NCBI GenBank assembly: GCA_002269645.1
Contig: NIVC01002631.1
Location: 90,412-154,411, forward strand
Origin: Macrostomum lignano
Taxonomy: Eukaryota
Direction: 5' to 3'
Length of the DNA stretch: 64,000 nucleotides
In this document: piece by piece, positions 1-12,100 of the stretch
Layout: the number at the start of each line of letters is the position of its first letter
Position numbering within the stretch: the first letter of the stretch is position 1
Made by a program: the position numbers and the translations under genes
Notes under the pieces: generated by a model
Seen by the model: the letters and a program-made list of their open reading frames with translations, nothing else
Told to the model about the DNA's origin: nothing
Database searches by the model: none

Positions 1-50
1 AAAGGCAGTGGCAATGCAGGCAGAGGGCAGAGGAGCCTGCTGCTCCTAGC

Positions 51-239
51 CAGTAGCGCAACCAGAAATTTTTCAAGGGGGGCGGATTCTGAGGGTAAAG
101 TCACGGGAGGGGGGGGGCGGCGGAGGGGTGGCTCTGTTTTTGGCGAAAATTCGCTTGGTCCCCCCTTTGATTTTTTTTCGGTCCCCTGCCTAAGGGGGGG
201 GGCCCCCCCCCTCCCCCCCCCCCCCTGGTTGCGCCACTG
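51..239. mobile_element. Non-autonomous hAT-type MITE (189 bp)
   Basis: 15-bp TIRs CAGTAGCGCAACCAG / CTGGTTGCGCCACTG (1 mismatch). Exact 8-bp TSD CTCCTAGC at 43-50 and 240-247. G/C homopolymer-rich interior, no ORF. Confidence 0.85.
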
Positions 240-933
240 CTCCTAGCTGGGTGAGTACCCTTCTATCCCCCTGGGAGATATCTACCTTTTTATCTCTCTA
301 TAAGGTGACCAACTATATTTTTTTAGCAAAAGCTTATTATATATATTTTGTAAGATTTTAGAATATATGCTGCTCTAATTATAAAATTTTGCTAGAAGAA
401 GGGGTGACTACCCAACCACTCCTTTAATTGGAAGTGCTGTATTACCACTGTCTAAGGAGATATAAATGAGGGTAAATAATTTTGTAATAGCTAAACATAT
501 AAGTGTCATTCAAGTATATATTTAAATGATGAATTTTACATGTATATTATTATTTTAATCTTTAAAATGCAGATTTTTTTCATATTTTATATACACTTTT
601 AATCAATTTTTATCAGCTTTAATTATAATTTAAATTTAAAGCTTAGATTATCAAAATATATGCCTAATTAAATACCATTGGTAGACAAGTTAGTGGCAGA
701 TAAGTTACTGGCAGATAAGCTTACTTGTATATATTTTGGTAGATAATTTGATAGTAGACATGTTGGTTTAATAGACAAAATGACTAAAACCTTATTTAAG
801 GCAGGTAGGCCTAAGAAATAGAAAGGAGAGTAAACTATACTTAAACCTTTTCTTAAACCAATATAAATATTAGGCATCTTAAACTATAAAAAACAAGGCA
901 AAATGAAAGTGGCCCTGGCTATGAGAAGGTCAG

Positions 934-1121
934 TGCTGTGACTATAAGCCAAGCTTTGCTTCTAAGCGCACTGTACGCTTTAGTGATCTACGTGTAACAA
1001 GAGCAAGCTAGGCTTGCAGAAATAAATGAAAAGACAAGAGCCGAGGATTGGCTAGTTAATTTAACATTTTTAGTTCCAGACTCATTCCTTTGATTTGTCA
1101 CAAAAAACAAAAGACACAACA
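934..1121 (+). repeat. 5' LTR of element A (188 bp)
   Basis: TGCTGTGACT...GACACAACA. Aligns to 5096-5304 with 12 substitutions and two indels (19 and 2 nt) by manual alignment. Confidence 0.93.
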
Positions 1122-1122
1122 G

Positions 1123-1140
1123 TGGCGTCGCAAGCAGGAT
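1123..1140 (+). promoter_or_regulatory. Primer-binding site of element A (tRNA-Ser-like)
   Basis: TGGCGTCGCAAGCAGGAT, 1 nt after the LTR. The reverse complement ATCCTGCTTGCGACG-CCA looks like a tRNA 3' end with a G discriminator. The Ser assignment is inferred. Confidence 0.75.
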
Positions 1141-1276
1141 GGCACCACCAACACCGGCAGCTGAGAAAATGGCATTGTCAGTGAAGTCTGCAGCAAAGAC
1201 AGTGACTAAGGATGGCAAAGTGCCACTGTCTTCGAGTCTGGAATGAATCGGCCAAACTGCACAATTCCACCAGCCA

Positions 1277-2106
1277 ATGATTGGAAACAACATGCTCAAC
1301 ATGATCAACATTGAGAAGCTGGAGGAAGGAAAGTCATTTCCACGATGGATGGAATGCTTCACAGTTACGGCCAATCTCTGCAAATGGGGAGAAGAAGAAA
1401 AGGCGCAGATTTGCTCATGCGTCTGTCTGCTGGTCTGTATGACACTCTTGCGGATCATCTGGCTCCTACATTACCGAGCACAATGTCTTTCGAAGAGCTC
1501 AACAATGCGCTCAAGGAGATCCTGGTGTCTAAAACATATGTCCTGTCTGAACGGTATGCCTTTCAAAATGCCAAGAAGGACGCAAAAGAAGGCATTCGAG
1601 CATTTGCTGAGAGGCTGCTCAAAGCGTCGGATAAATGTGCATTTAGCAACAAGGAGGAATGGCTCCGGGACCAATTCATCTGCAGACTGAATGACAAGGT
1701 CATCATAGCAAAGCTGCTAATCCGAGATTTTGAGGATCTAACCTTCAAGGCTGCTGTGGCGGAAGCCGAGGCGTATGCGTCACTGAAGGACACACAAATA
1801 ATGCAGTCAGCGACGGCATCAAAAGCGGAAGGGACGGTCATAAAAATCGGCAGCTCAAAGCCTAAACTGTCAAAGCCGATCCCACCCAGAGGAGACAAGA
1901 AGTGCCCTCATTGTGGTGGCAACCAGCATCCAACGACAGCATGTCCGGCTATGGAAAAAACCTGCAAGAGATGCGGTAAGCAAAACCACTTTCAAAAAGC
2001 ATGTCGGTCAAGCGTATCCGGTCAACAGAACTTTGTGGCTGAGGATTCTGCAAAAGAGACATTTTGCACACTGACACTGGCAGAGAAGCGTCGTGCTCTA
2101 CAGTGA
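1277..2106 (+). pseudogene. gag: gag of element A (frameshifted near 1410)
   Basis: Two overlapping frames join into a Gag (WMECF...LRDQFICRL) ending in a zinc-knuckle region, CPHCGGNQH...CKRCGKQNHFQKAC. Confidence 0.85.
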
Positions 2107-5008
2107 AGCTGGCATGTCAAGTAGAAGGCAAAATGCAATCCATAATCTGTCAGATTGACACAGGAGCTTCGGTTTCAGTTTTGTCCAGCAAGCTGTGGTG
2201 GAAATTTGGAAAGCCGAAGTTGCGAGGTAGCACCTCGACTTTGGTGGGCTACACCGACGGACACAAATTCGACCAGTTGGGTTCATTGCCTGTCGTCACG
2301 GAATGGAAAGGAAGAAACATCAAGATTACGTTTCAAGTAGTCACTGCAACTTTGCATTGCTCGGACGAGGTGTCATCAAATTCAATCCGGAATGCGTCTC
2401 TATTGGACATACAAAGATGAAGGATTCAGTTCCGTTCTAGGCAAGCTTACGATTAGTCGATGGCGCAGTGCCCAAGTACATCAAAGCGAGGCCTGTGCAA
2501 TTCGCATTGCGCGAGCGTCTGAAATGCGAGATCGACAAGCTTGTGACTGACGGAGTTATCGAGCAAGTTAGCTTTTCGCAGTGGGCGTCACCCATTGTGA
2601 CTGTGCAAAAACCCAATGGCGGTCTCAGGATCTGTGTCGACTATAAGACGACAGTCAATCCACAGCTACAGCAGGATAGCTACCCGTTGCCGACAGTTAA
2701 AGAAGCATTCGCAGCAGTGACAAATTGCAAATACTACACGATTCTGGATCTCGAGAAAGCATATAACCAGGTGCACCTAGACGACTCTTCCAAGGATATC
2801 ACTGATGTCTACTCTACACCATTCGGGAACTTCAGATACAACCGTCTAGTCTTCGGGTTAAAGACTGCCCCCAGTATTTTCCAACGTTACATTGTGGAAG
2901 TGATTCAAGGAATTTCTGGAGCAGTAGCATATGTCGATGATCTTCTCATTGGCGGCGAGACCGAAGAAGACCTCAGAGACAGAGAAGCCGAAGTTAGAGC
3001 ACGGTTAGCCAAGCACAACTTGACAGTAAACGAGGAAAAATGTCAAAATGCAGACTCGGGTCCGCTTTCTGGGTCACATTCTCGAGTCGGGACAGTGAAG
3101 CCAGATGAAGAGAAGGTGCGCGCGTTAAGGGAGATGTCAGCCCCTAAAAATCTACCGGAATTGGAATCGTTTCTTGGCCTCGTTAATTTCTGCGGTAAAT
3201 TTATTCGCAACCTCGCAGAACTCGCAGAACTCACAGCTTAGACGTAGAGGAGCCGAATTCACTTGGGCAGACAAGCACGAACAAGCCTTCAATAAGATCA
3301 AGATGGCACTATCAACTGAGTCTATGTTGCATTCGTACGATCCGAAGAAACCAGTGGAAATCGAATGTGACGCTTTGCAGGTGGCCATTGGTGGCGTGCT
3401 CTCTCAGGAAGGCAGGCCCATAATCTTCATAATTAGCAAGTTGTCACCGGCGGAAAAATATATTCGCAGATCGAACGCGAAGCATTAGCGATTGTCTGGG
3501 GAATTCGGCGATGTCACCGGTTTCTTTGTGGCAGAGAATTCTCGCTAGTAACTGACCACCGCCCTCTGACCTTCGTGTTCGGACCCTCCAGTCAGCTACT
3601 AGAAAGGGTTTCGGCGCGCCTGCAAAGATGGGCTATTTTATTGTCCGGCTACGACTACAGCATAACATATCGGAAGTCGGTGGAAATGCGATCTAATGCA
3701 CTATCTAGGCTTGTAAACGCTTCGATGGAGGCTCCAACTCACGTGATTGGTCCAATCCATCTTTCAGAAAGTCATCTGCTCAAGCTGACCGTTATTCGGT
3801 TTTGGTCCAGGAAGTGCCACGAACTGCGAAATCTCCGAGAGGCAATTCAAACTGGACAGTTCTCGAACAGTGAGATGCGTAGCTACAAACCACTGGCTGG
3901 AGAACTAACAACTGAAGGAGACTTGGTGCTTCGTGGGTCCAAGATAGTGTTGCCAGTTGCACTTCGAGATAAAGCAGTGAACGCAGCTCACGGTGTACAC
4001 CTAGGCATGACACGCACTAAGTCTCTGATCTATTGCGCGAGTACTTCTGGTGGCCAGGTGTCGATAAGGCGGTAGAGCGTGTAGTTGGTTGTTGTCTTAC
4101 ATGCAAGAAGGCGAAGCCTCTAAATCGGAATTTCCGAACTTCATGGCAAGCACCACAAGGCCCCTGGGATCGAATTCACATCGATTTTGCGGGTCCGATA
4201 GAAGGAAAATATTTGCTCGTCATGATTGATTCTCATTCGAACTATCCAGAGGTGACACGGGAAATGACGTCCGCTACGGTAATCTTGAGGTTGAGAAGAA
4301 CATTCTCCCAGCTAGGGGTACCGAGAGTCCTGGTGTCCGACAATGGATCAAGCTTTGTTAGCCAAGAGACACGAGGTTGGTTGACTCAAATCGGGTGCGA
4401 TCATGTAACGACCCCAGCATACCACCCAGCTAGCAACGGTCTGGCTGAGCGATTTGTTCGTACAATAAAAGAAGCTGTCAGTGCAAATGGATTTTCCCAA
4501 GCCGCAATCAACAGGTACCTTCTATTCTACCGTGCATCAGCGGGCAAAGGAGGCACATCACCAGCAGAATTACTGATGGGAAGAAAACTGCGTGTACCTT
4601 TGATGCCAGCAGCTGGATGGAGTCCTGGTGAAACCGTAGTGTACAAGACGGAGAAGTCAACACACGAGGCCAGGCTGATCAATCCATTGGGAAGGAATAC
4701 CGCAATTGTCAAGCTGGAAGACGGAAGATTCCAGAAAGTGCACAGAGATCAACTTCAACGAACAAGCTCAGACCCAAAGTCCCAGGGAGACGATCAATTA
4801 GATTCGAACAAGGATGTCAGCATTGGAAACCCAATGATGCGTGAAAACGATGGCAACCCTGCTGGAAAGCATGTGCCCGATGACGATGGCATTTCGGAAC
4901 TGCAAATGGATTCTGAAGCCTGAGTCAGTCCGAGTGGACCATGCGTTTAAGCCAGCTATACCAGAATTGCCACGGCGCAGCACGCGGCTGGAGAAAAGGC
5001 AAGAGTGA
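2100..5008 (+). pseudogene. pol: pol of element A (protease, RT, RNase H, integrase) broken by several frameshifts and stops
   Basis: IDTGASVSV (protease), YVDDLLI (RT), IECDA...GGVLSQ (RNase H), HLG...C..C zinc finger, IHIDFAGP / SDNG / NGLAERF (integrase), spread over at least 5 ORF pieces. Confidence 0.92.
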
Positions 5009-5095
5009 ATTACAAGGAGTGACTATTTTGAGACTTCCTTGATCACTCAAGTTTGAAACTTAAACTGTTCAAGTTATTTTTATAAAAGGGAGAGA

Positions 5096-5304
5096 TGCTG
5101 TGGCTATAAGCCAAGCCGAACCATAAACAAAATAATTTGCTTCCGAGCGCACCGTACGCTTTAGTGATCTACGCGTATCAAGAGCAAGCTAGGCTTGCAA
5201 AAATAAATAAAAAGACAAGAGCCGAGGATTGGCTGGTTAATTTAACATTTTTATTTCCAGACTTGTTCCTTTGATTTGTCACAAAAGAAACAAAAGACAC
5301 AACA
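5096..5304 (+). repeat. 3' LTR of element A (209 bp)
   Basis: Preceded by PPT AAAAGGGAGAGA, ends in ACA, followed by TSD GTCAG. Confidence 0.93.
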
Positions 5305-6136
5305 GTCAGGACCTCCTTGACCCCTTTTTATTAAAGGCAAAAGAGCTATGTGTACCTTAGTAGACTTTTAGCAACATTGTTATATAAACTAGTAAGAGGC
5401 ATTATTGTCTATTTTGCCAACTTTCCTAAGTAGATATACAACCATATAACTCACCTAGGAGTATTTAAAAAACTATAATTATTTTATTTTGTTATTTTTT
5501 ATATTTATAACTAACCTAGCTGATCGCGAAGAAGGCCAATAGGGGCATGGGGGTGAGGACGACAGGGTGGACTTTTTGCAGCGCCAGCCAGCTGTCTCTC
5601 CCATCGCCTTGAATGTCAGGTGTCGACGGAGAGAATAATTCCCGTCTTCTACCTTCCCAGCCCGCGTGTGCAGATTTTAGAAAACGGAAAACGAGTAGCC
5701 GAAGTTTAGGCTTTGTTCCTGCCTCCCAGATTTCCAATTTACACGCGAACGAATCCCAATAGGTGTGCACTCTTTTTGCCCTTCACTTTATCCTCTCCTC
5801 TCTAGCTGCACAATTTCTGCATGCAGTCGAATTCTTCAGCTTAGTGCACCCGAGCCCCTGGGCTTCTGCTTGACTTTGCACTTTTTGCTTCTTGACCGTG
5901 ACGACCAGCAGACAGTCGTCCCTCAGTCTCTCCCTTAATGGCTAAGGGATCCGATGTACAACCCCCCGTTCGTGCTGGCTGAACTATAAACCCCTAGCAT
6001 TTTCTTTCCTTTCGCCGCAGTCTCCTTACCCCCGGGTTCGCTTTTAATATTCCGGTGTTTGAACTGGTATTTTGGTAGCAGGAAAAACTTCGAAATAGCG
6101 GCTCGAACCAGTTTTGGTTGCATTTTGATCACTGAC

Positions 6137-9100
6137 ATGCACTCCGGTGGAACTGTCGTTTCAGCCCGTCAGCGCCAAGGTGCCAATGGCAGCAGCAAAG
6201 GTAGCGGCAGCGGCGGGGGAAGCGGCAAAGAGAGCCTGCAGGAAAGGCAGCTGAGGCGGCAGAGGATTGCCCGCGAGAGGCGCATGCAAGAGCTGCATCA
6301 GCAACAGCAGCAACAGTCTGAAGAATACGAACAAAGACCTCAGCAACAGCAGAGACATCAGGAGTACCAGCATGAATCAGAACCAAGACCTCAGCAACAG
6401 CAGAGACATCAGGAGTACCAGCATGAATCGGAACAAAGACCTCAACAAAGATACCAAGCATCAGAACAAAGACCTCAGGTTTCTCAACAGCCGCAACAAA
6501 AACTGCAGCGTCAGGGGGCCGTAGAATCCACTGGTCTGGTCTGCTTTCAGCTGACTTCACCAACTCAGCTGTCCCCTTCGCCCTCCTCCTTCTCGGCTCG
6601 CACAATCCTGTCTCCGAGTCCCGCTCCGTCAGCTTCACCTTCTGTCTCCGGCGTCGTCTCGAATCCCATAGACGATTTCTCCTACTTGTCGGTGTCGCAA
6701 CGGCGAGCCATGTTTTCCTCTTCGTCGAATTCCACATCCGGCGGCGGCAGCGGCGGCGGCAGCGGCGGCGGCAGTAACTGCGGACGTCGTCTGAACCGCT
6801 CAGAGCGGCGCCTTCGCTCTCGCACTCTGCCCATATCGGTTGAAGATCTTGAGAAAGCAGCAGCACTGGCAGCCTCTAGCGGTGGCGGCGGCAATGATGC
6901 CGCTTCTGTTGCTCCGGCCGCAGCCGCTGCTATCGATGATGAACAAGCCGCCCAGGCAGCTGAGGAATGCGCCGCTGGTGGCCTGTCCATTGCCGAGCGC
7001 GCCCTGCGATTGGTTCGCCAGCAACAGGAAGACGTGTCAAACGCGGCAGCCGCGGCTGAAGATATAAAAGATGAAGCCGCGGCTGAGCTGTCGCAGCTTC
7101 CCGCCGTGTCCGGCATCATCAGTCAGTGGTGCCAGCAGCCACTGCGTCGGATTAGCGACGTGAAGTCCCCAGCATCCGCTGCTGTTAATCGACTGTGGCC
7201 GGAAGTTGAAGAGACGGTCAACGAACAGGGCGGAAGTCACGTGGACGAGCTGTCCAGGTGACTAAAGCTTCTGCGCGCCGTTCTTTGAATTTCTAACATC
7301 CGTAAAGTGGACTATGAAAAGTGTGTGAGCGAGTGTGTGTGTATGAGTGCGTGCCTGAGATGATGTCTCCGAAGGCTTTGCGAGACAATCGTAAAAAATA
7401 CAGAATTTCCAGTAAAAATGTGGCACTGTCGTACTGTTAATAAATATCCAATAAAAATATTCTTGCTCAATCTTTGGCTGCAGTCTGTCCCTGTCGGCAA
7501 AGCGTCAGATGTTTCTAACCAAAGCGTGCACCGTTACAACCAGCGGCGCAAGAGACTCGGATAGCGACACTGCTTCAGTCAGTTCTTTGAGGCGAAGAAG
7601 ACGGTTGCGCAATCAGACAACTGTACGAAAATGCTTTATCGTAGATTGAATTCAGCATGCTTCAACAATTAGCATAGATTAGCATTTCTGTTTTTCCGTT
7701 TGAATTAGAAAGAAAATTTATGCATGCTTTGCGTTTGCTAAAATTAGTTTTTAATTGTTTAGGCATTGTGTTTTACTAACCATATATACGATTGTCTGTA
7801 CAGGTGCAATATCATTTGTTTTTCCAAAATAATTTTATTACGTTGGAATTTGTTATAAACATCTAGAAATTTGATTATTAATTTAGTAATCGTTTTGAAA
7901 CACACTAACCTTCGCATGAATTTTTCTTCGTTTAATTTCGTTTGTCTGAAATAATTTACTGAGGGGTCGGCCTTGTGTTAAAAATCTACCCCCCTGATTT
8001 TTAAGCACGCTATGGCCAACCCCGAATGTACATGTCACATCCCCTGACCCACCCCATAAGCCATAGACTATTCAATCAATGCACCCACTCTCTATACCCC
8101 TTAATGTACACACGCCCTGACCAATTAATTAATCAATGCACCCACTCTCTATACCCCTCAATGTACACACGCCTTGACCAATCAATCAATGCACCCACTC
8201 TCTATACCCCTCAATGTACACACGCCTTGACCAATCAATTAATCAATGCACCCACTCTCTATACCCCTCAATGTACACACGCCTTGACCAATCAATTAAT
8301 CAATGCACCCACTCTCTATACCCCTCAATGTACACACGCCCTGACCAATCAATTAATCAATGCACCCACTCTCTACACCACTCAATGAACACACGCCCTG
8401 ACCAATTAATTAATCAATGCACCCACTCTCTATACCCCTCAATGTACACACGCCCTGACCAATTAATTAATCAATGCACCCACTCTCTATACCACTCAAT
8501 GAACACACGCCCTGCCCAATTAATTGATCAATGCACCCACTCTCTACACCACTCAAAGTACACACGCCCTGACCAATCAATTAATCAATGCACCCACTCT
8601 CTACACCACTCAATGATCACACGCCCTGACCAATTAATTAATCAATGCACCCACTCTCTATACCCCTCAATGTACACACGCCCTGACCAATCAATTAATC
8701 AATGCACCCACTCTCTACACCACTCAATGTACACACGCCCTGACCTAACTTCATTCGTGCACGCAAGCCTTTTGCCATCCTTCCAAGCTTGGATTTCCGC
8801 TCCGATATTAATGAAAACAACTCATTAAAAAGCAATAATAATTTATACGCTATGATAGAAATATTACCTCATATTTCAGCCAGTCACGCTGGAAGATGTT
8901 GCCAGCTTGTTCTTGAAAGACGGTGACGATAATAAATCTTCAACTATGGAGACGGCAGTGACTACTACTGGTGAGTAGTGCGAGATGTGATTTTAGTTTA
9001 TCCGCTATGCTAAAATTAGACCAGACAAATTTACAAGAGACAAACAGTTATCTCATTGAAGTTTCCGCTGGCGATAAGACCGAGTTACTTTTGGCAAGGC

Positions 9101-12100
9101 CAGCTTGAAGACAGGAATTCTTACTTTGGCCTTTGACTTTGCAATTTTTGCAGATCGCCATAAGTTTTCTTGCGGTGGAGGAGGGTTAGGGGGGGGGGGG
9201 GCAGCGGTGTGCGTACGTTCAACTCGGGCCGTGAGGCACCGTCACTTCTCTCACCCTTCATATGTTTGCAGTACTTGTATGTAACGCTGAAAAATCTCAT
9301 GCCTAGCTTAACAGCTTTTGATTATATCGATAAGTAGCAATACAGCAAGTCTTCAAGAGGCTTTGCTTTTTTTTCTAAGCTTGTTGTTGTTAGTTACAAG
9401 TCTGTTTTCGGCAAACTCGCAGACGGCCAGGAGGAGTCGGAAATGGAGGAAGCCGCTCGAGTTCGACTGCGAGGCAAAGCGGCCGAAGGTATCCAACGAT
9501 GGAGCACTATGCAGCAGCCGGTTGCTAAGGACTCTTCTCCGCCAACTTCCGTTGCTAAGGAGTTGCCAACGAGAGGTAGACCAATCACGGAGCTCGTGTC
9601 TCAGCTGCAGCAGCAGGCTGGAGAGCAGGACACTAAAAGCAAGAAGGGGTCGCCTTGGGCATCATCGATTGGGAAACGGTTGAAGTGAGTCGCTTTGATT
9701 GACAGCTGCGTTTATTGTCAGGTACTTAGTGTCATATTTTGATAATCCTAATCCTAATTCAGTGAGAAACAGTCTCAGACACGAAAATACTTAAAATGCA
9801 AGATACAAGATAAATGCTATGAGAGTCCCGGTGTCTCAAATCTCTATGAGAATCCAGGTGTCTCATATCATGATAATCCAGGTGTCTCATGTCTCTATGA
9901 GAAACCAGGTGTCTCAAATCTCTATGAGAATCCAGGTGTCTGAAATCTCCAAGAAAATCCAGGTGTCTCAAATCTCCAAGAAAATCCAGGTGTCTCAAAT
10001 CTCCAAGAAAATCCAGGTGTCTCAAATCTCCAAGAAAATCCAGGTGTCTCAAATCTCCAAGAAAATCCAGGTGTCTCAAATCTCCAAGAAAATCCATGTG
10101 TCTCAAATCTCCATGAGAATCCATGTGTCTCAAATCTCTATGAGAAACCAGGTGTCTCAAATCTCTATGAGAAACCAGGTGTCTCAAATCTCTATGAGAA
10201 TCCAGGTGTCTCACATCTCCATGAGAATCCAGGTGTCTCACATCTCTATGAGAATCCAGGTGTCTCAAATCTCTATGAGAATCCAGGTGTCTCACATCTC
10301 CATGAGAATCCAGGTGTCTCACATCTCCATGAGAATCCAGGTGTCTCAAATCTCTATGAGAAACCAGGTGTCTCAAATCTCTATGAGAAACCAGGTGTCT
10401 CAAATCTCCATGAGAATCCAGGTGTCTCACATCTCTATGAGAATCCAGGTGTCTCACATCTCCATGAGAATCCAGGTGTCTCAAATCTCTATGAGAATCC
10501 AGGTGTCTCACATCTCCATGAGAATCCAGGTGTCTCAAATCTCCATGAAAATCCAGGTGTCTCAAATCTCTATGAGAATCCAGGTGTCTCAAATCTCCAT
10601 GAGAATCCAGGTGTCTCATAACTCTTTGAGAATCCAGGTGTCTCATAACTCTATGAGAATCCAGGTGTCTCAAATCTCCATGAGAATCCAGGTGTCTCAA
10701 ATCTCCATGAGAATCCAGGTGTCTCAAATCTCTATGAGAATCCAGGTGTCTCAAATCTCTATGAGAATCCAGGTGTCTCACATCTCCATCAGAATCCAGG
10801 TGTCTCAAATCTCTATGAGAATCCAGGTGTCTCACATCTCCATGAGAATCCAGGTGTCTCAAATCTCTATGAGAATCCAGGTGTCTCACATCTCCATGAG
10901 AATCCAGGTGTCTCAAATCTCCATGAAAATCCAGGTGTCTCAAATCTCTATGAGAATCCAGGTGTCTCAAATCTCCATGAGAATCCAGGTGTCTCATAAC
11001 TCTTTGAGAATCCAGGTGTCTCATAACTCTATGAGAATCCAGGTGTCTCAAATCTCCATGAGAATCCAGGTGTCTCAAATCTCCATGAGAATCCAGGTGT
11101 CTCAAATCTCTATGAGAATCCAGGTGTCTCACATCTCCATGAGAATCCAGGTGTCTCACATCTCCATGAGAATCCAGGTGTCTCAAATCTCTATGAGAAT
11201 CCAGGTGTCTCACATCTCCATGAGAATCCAGGTGTCTCAAATCTCTATAAGAATCCAGGTGTCTCAAATCTCCAAGAAAATCCGGGTGTCTCAAGTCTCT
11301 ATGAAAATCCAGGTGTCTCAAATCTCTATGAGAATCCGGGTGTCTCAAATCTCTATGAGAATCCAGGTGTCTCACATCTCCATGAGAATCTAGGTGTCTC
11401 AAATCTCCATGAGAATCCAGGTGTCTCAAATCTATGAGAATCCAGGTGTCTCAAAGCTCTAGGAGAATCCACGTGTCCAAAAGTATCAATGTGAACACTT
11501 AAACTTAGGCTTTAACCAAACCTAATCACAAGCAGAAGCAGAACCCACAAGCAGAAACATAACAGCATAGGTTACTACTGTAGCTGGTAAGTCTGCATTT
11601 CCGTTAATGTAAACAGATAAGCTCTATCTAAAATGAACGCTTCAAATGCGCAGTTCAAATCTTTGACTTTCAAAGCATTTTCGCATACAGCAAGCAGTTT
11701 TGAAATTCTTTGCTGTCTCACTTCTATGTCTCTTCTCAACTTTAAGATTGATTCATTTACTTTGTTAAACTGTGCCACTGTGTCTTCTAAAATTGCGCTC
11801 TTATTTTTTTATTCACTCTGCTGGGTTCCACACACTGAAAAAAGGCATGAGAGCTAAAAAGTATTTTAAAATGTCTACTATTGTCTTCGACCCACAACTG
11901 ACGCATTCTTTGACCTAAAATTGACCCACTTAGCTATGCTTGACCCATGTAGCTTTTTATGACCCATGTTTGACCCATTTAGCTTTCTGTGATCCGTGCT
12001 TGACCCACGTATCTTTCTATGACCCATGCTTGACCCGCGTATCTTTCTATAACCCATGCTTGACCCATGTAGCTTTCTATGACCCATGCTTGACCCACTT

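Larger units (their letters stand above)
934..5304 (+). mobile_element. Full-length but decayed Ty3/Gypsy LTR retrotransposon (element A)
   Basis: TG...CA LTRs at 934-1121 and 5096-5304; 5-bp TSD GTCAG (929-933, 5305-5309); PBS at 1123; PPT at 5084-5095; domain order gag-PR-RT-RH-INT. Confidence 0.95.

Noticed and set aside
988-1458. 156-aa minus-strand ORF across the 5' LTR and gag of element A, and other antisense ORFs over gag/pol and GC-rich exons
   Set aside because: Shadow frames of real coding sequence or LTR; no independent evidence.
9759-11429. 524-aa and 556-aa ORFs on both strands (RIQVSQISM / RHLDSHGDL repeats)
   Set aside because: They result from a stop-free 27-bp intronic minisatellite whose period is a multiple of 3, inside a phase-consistent SVIL intron.
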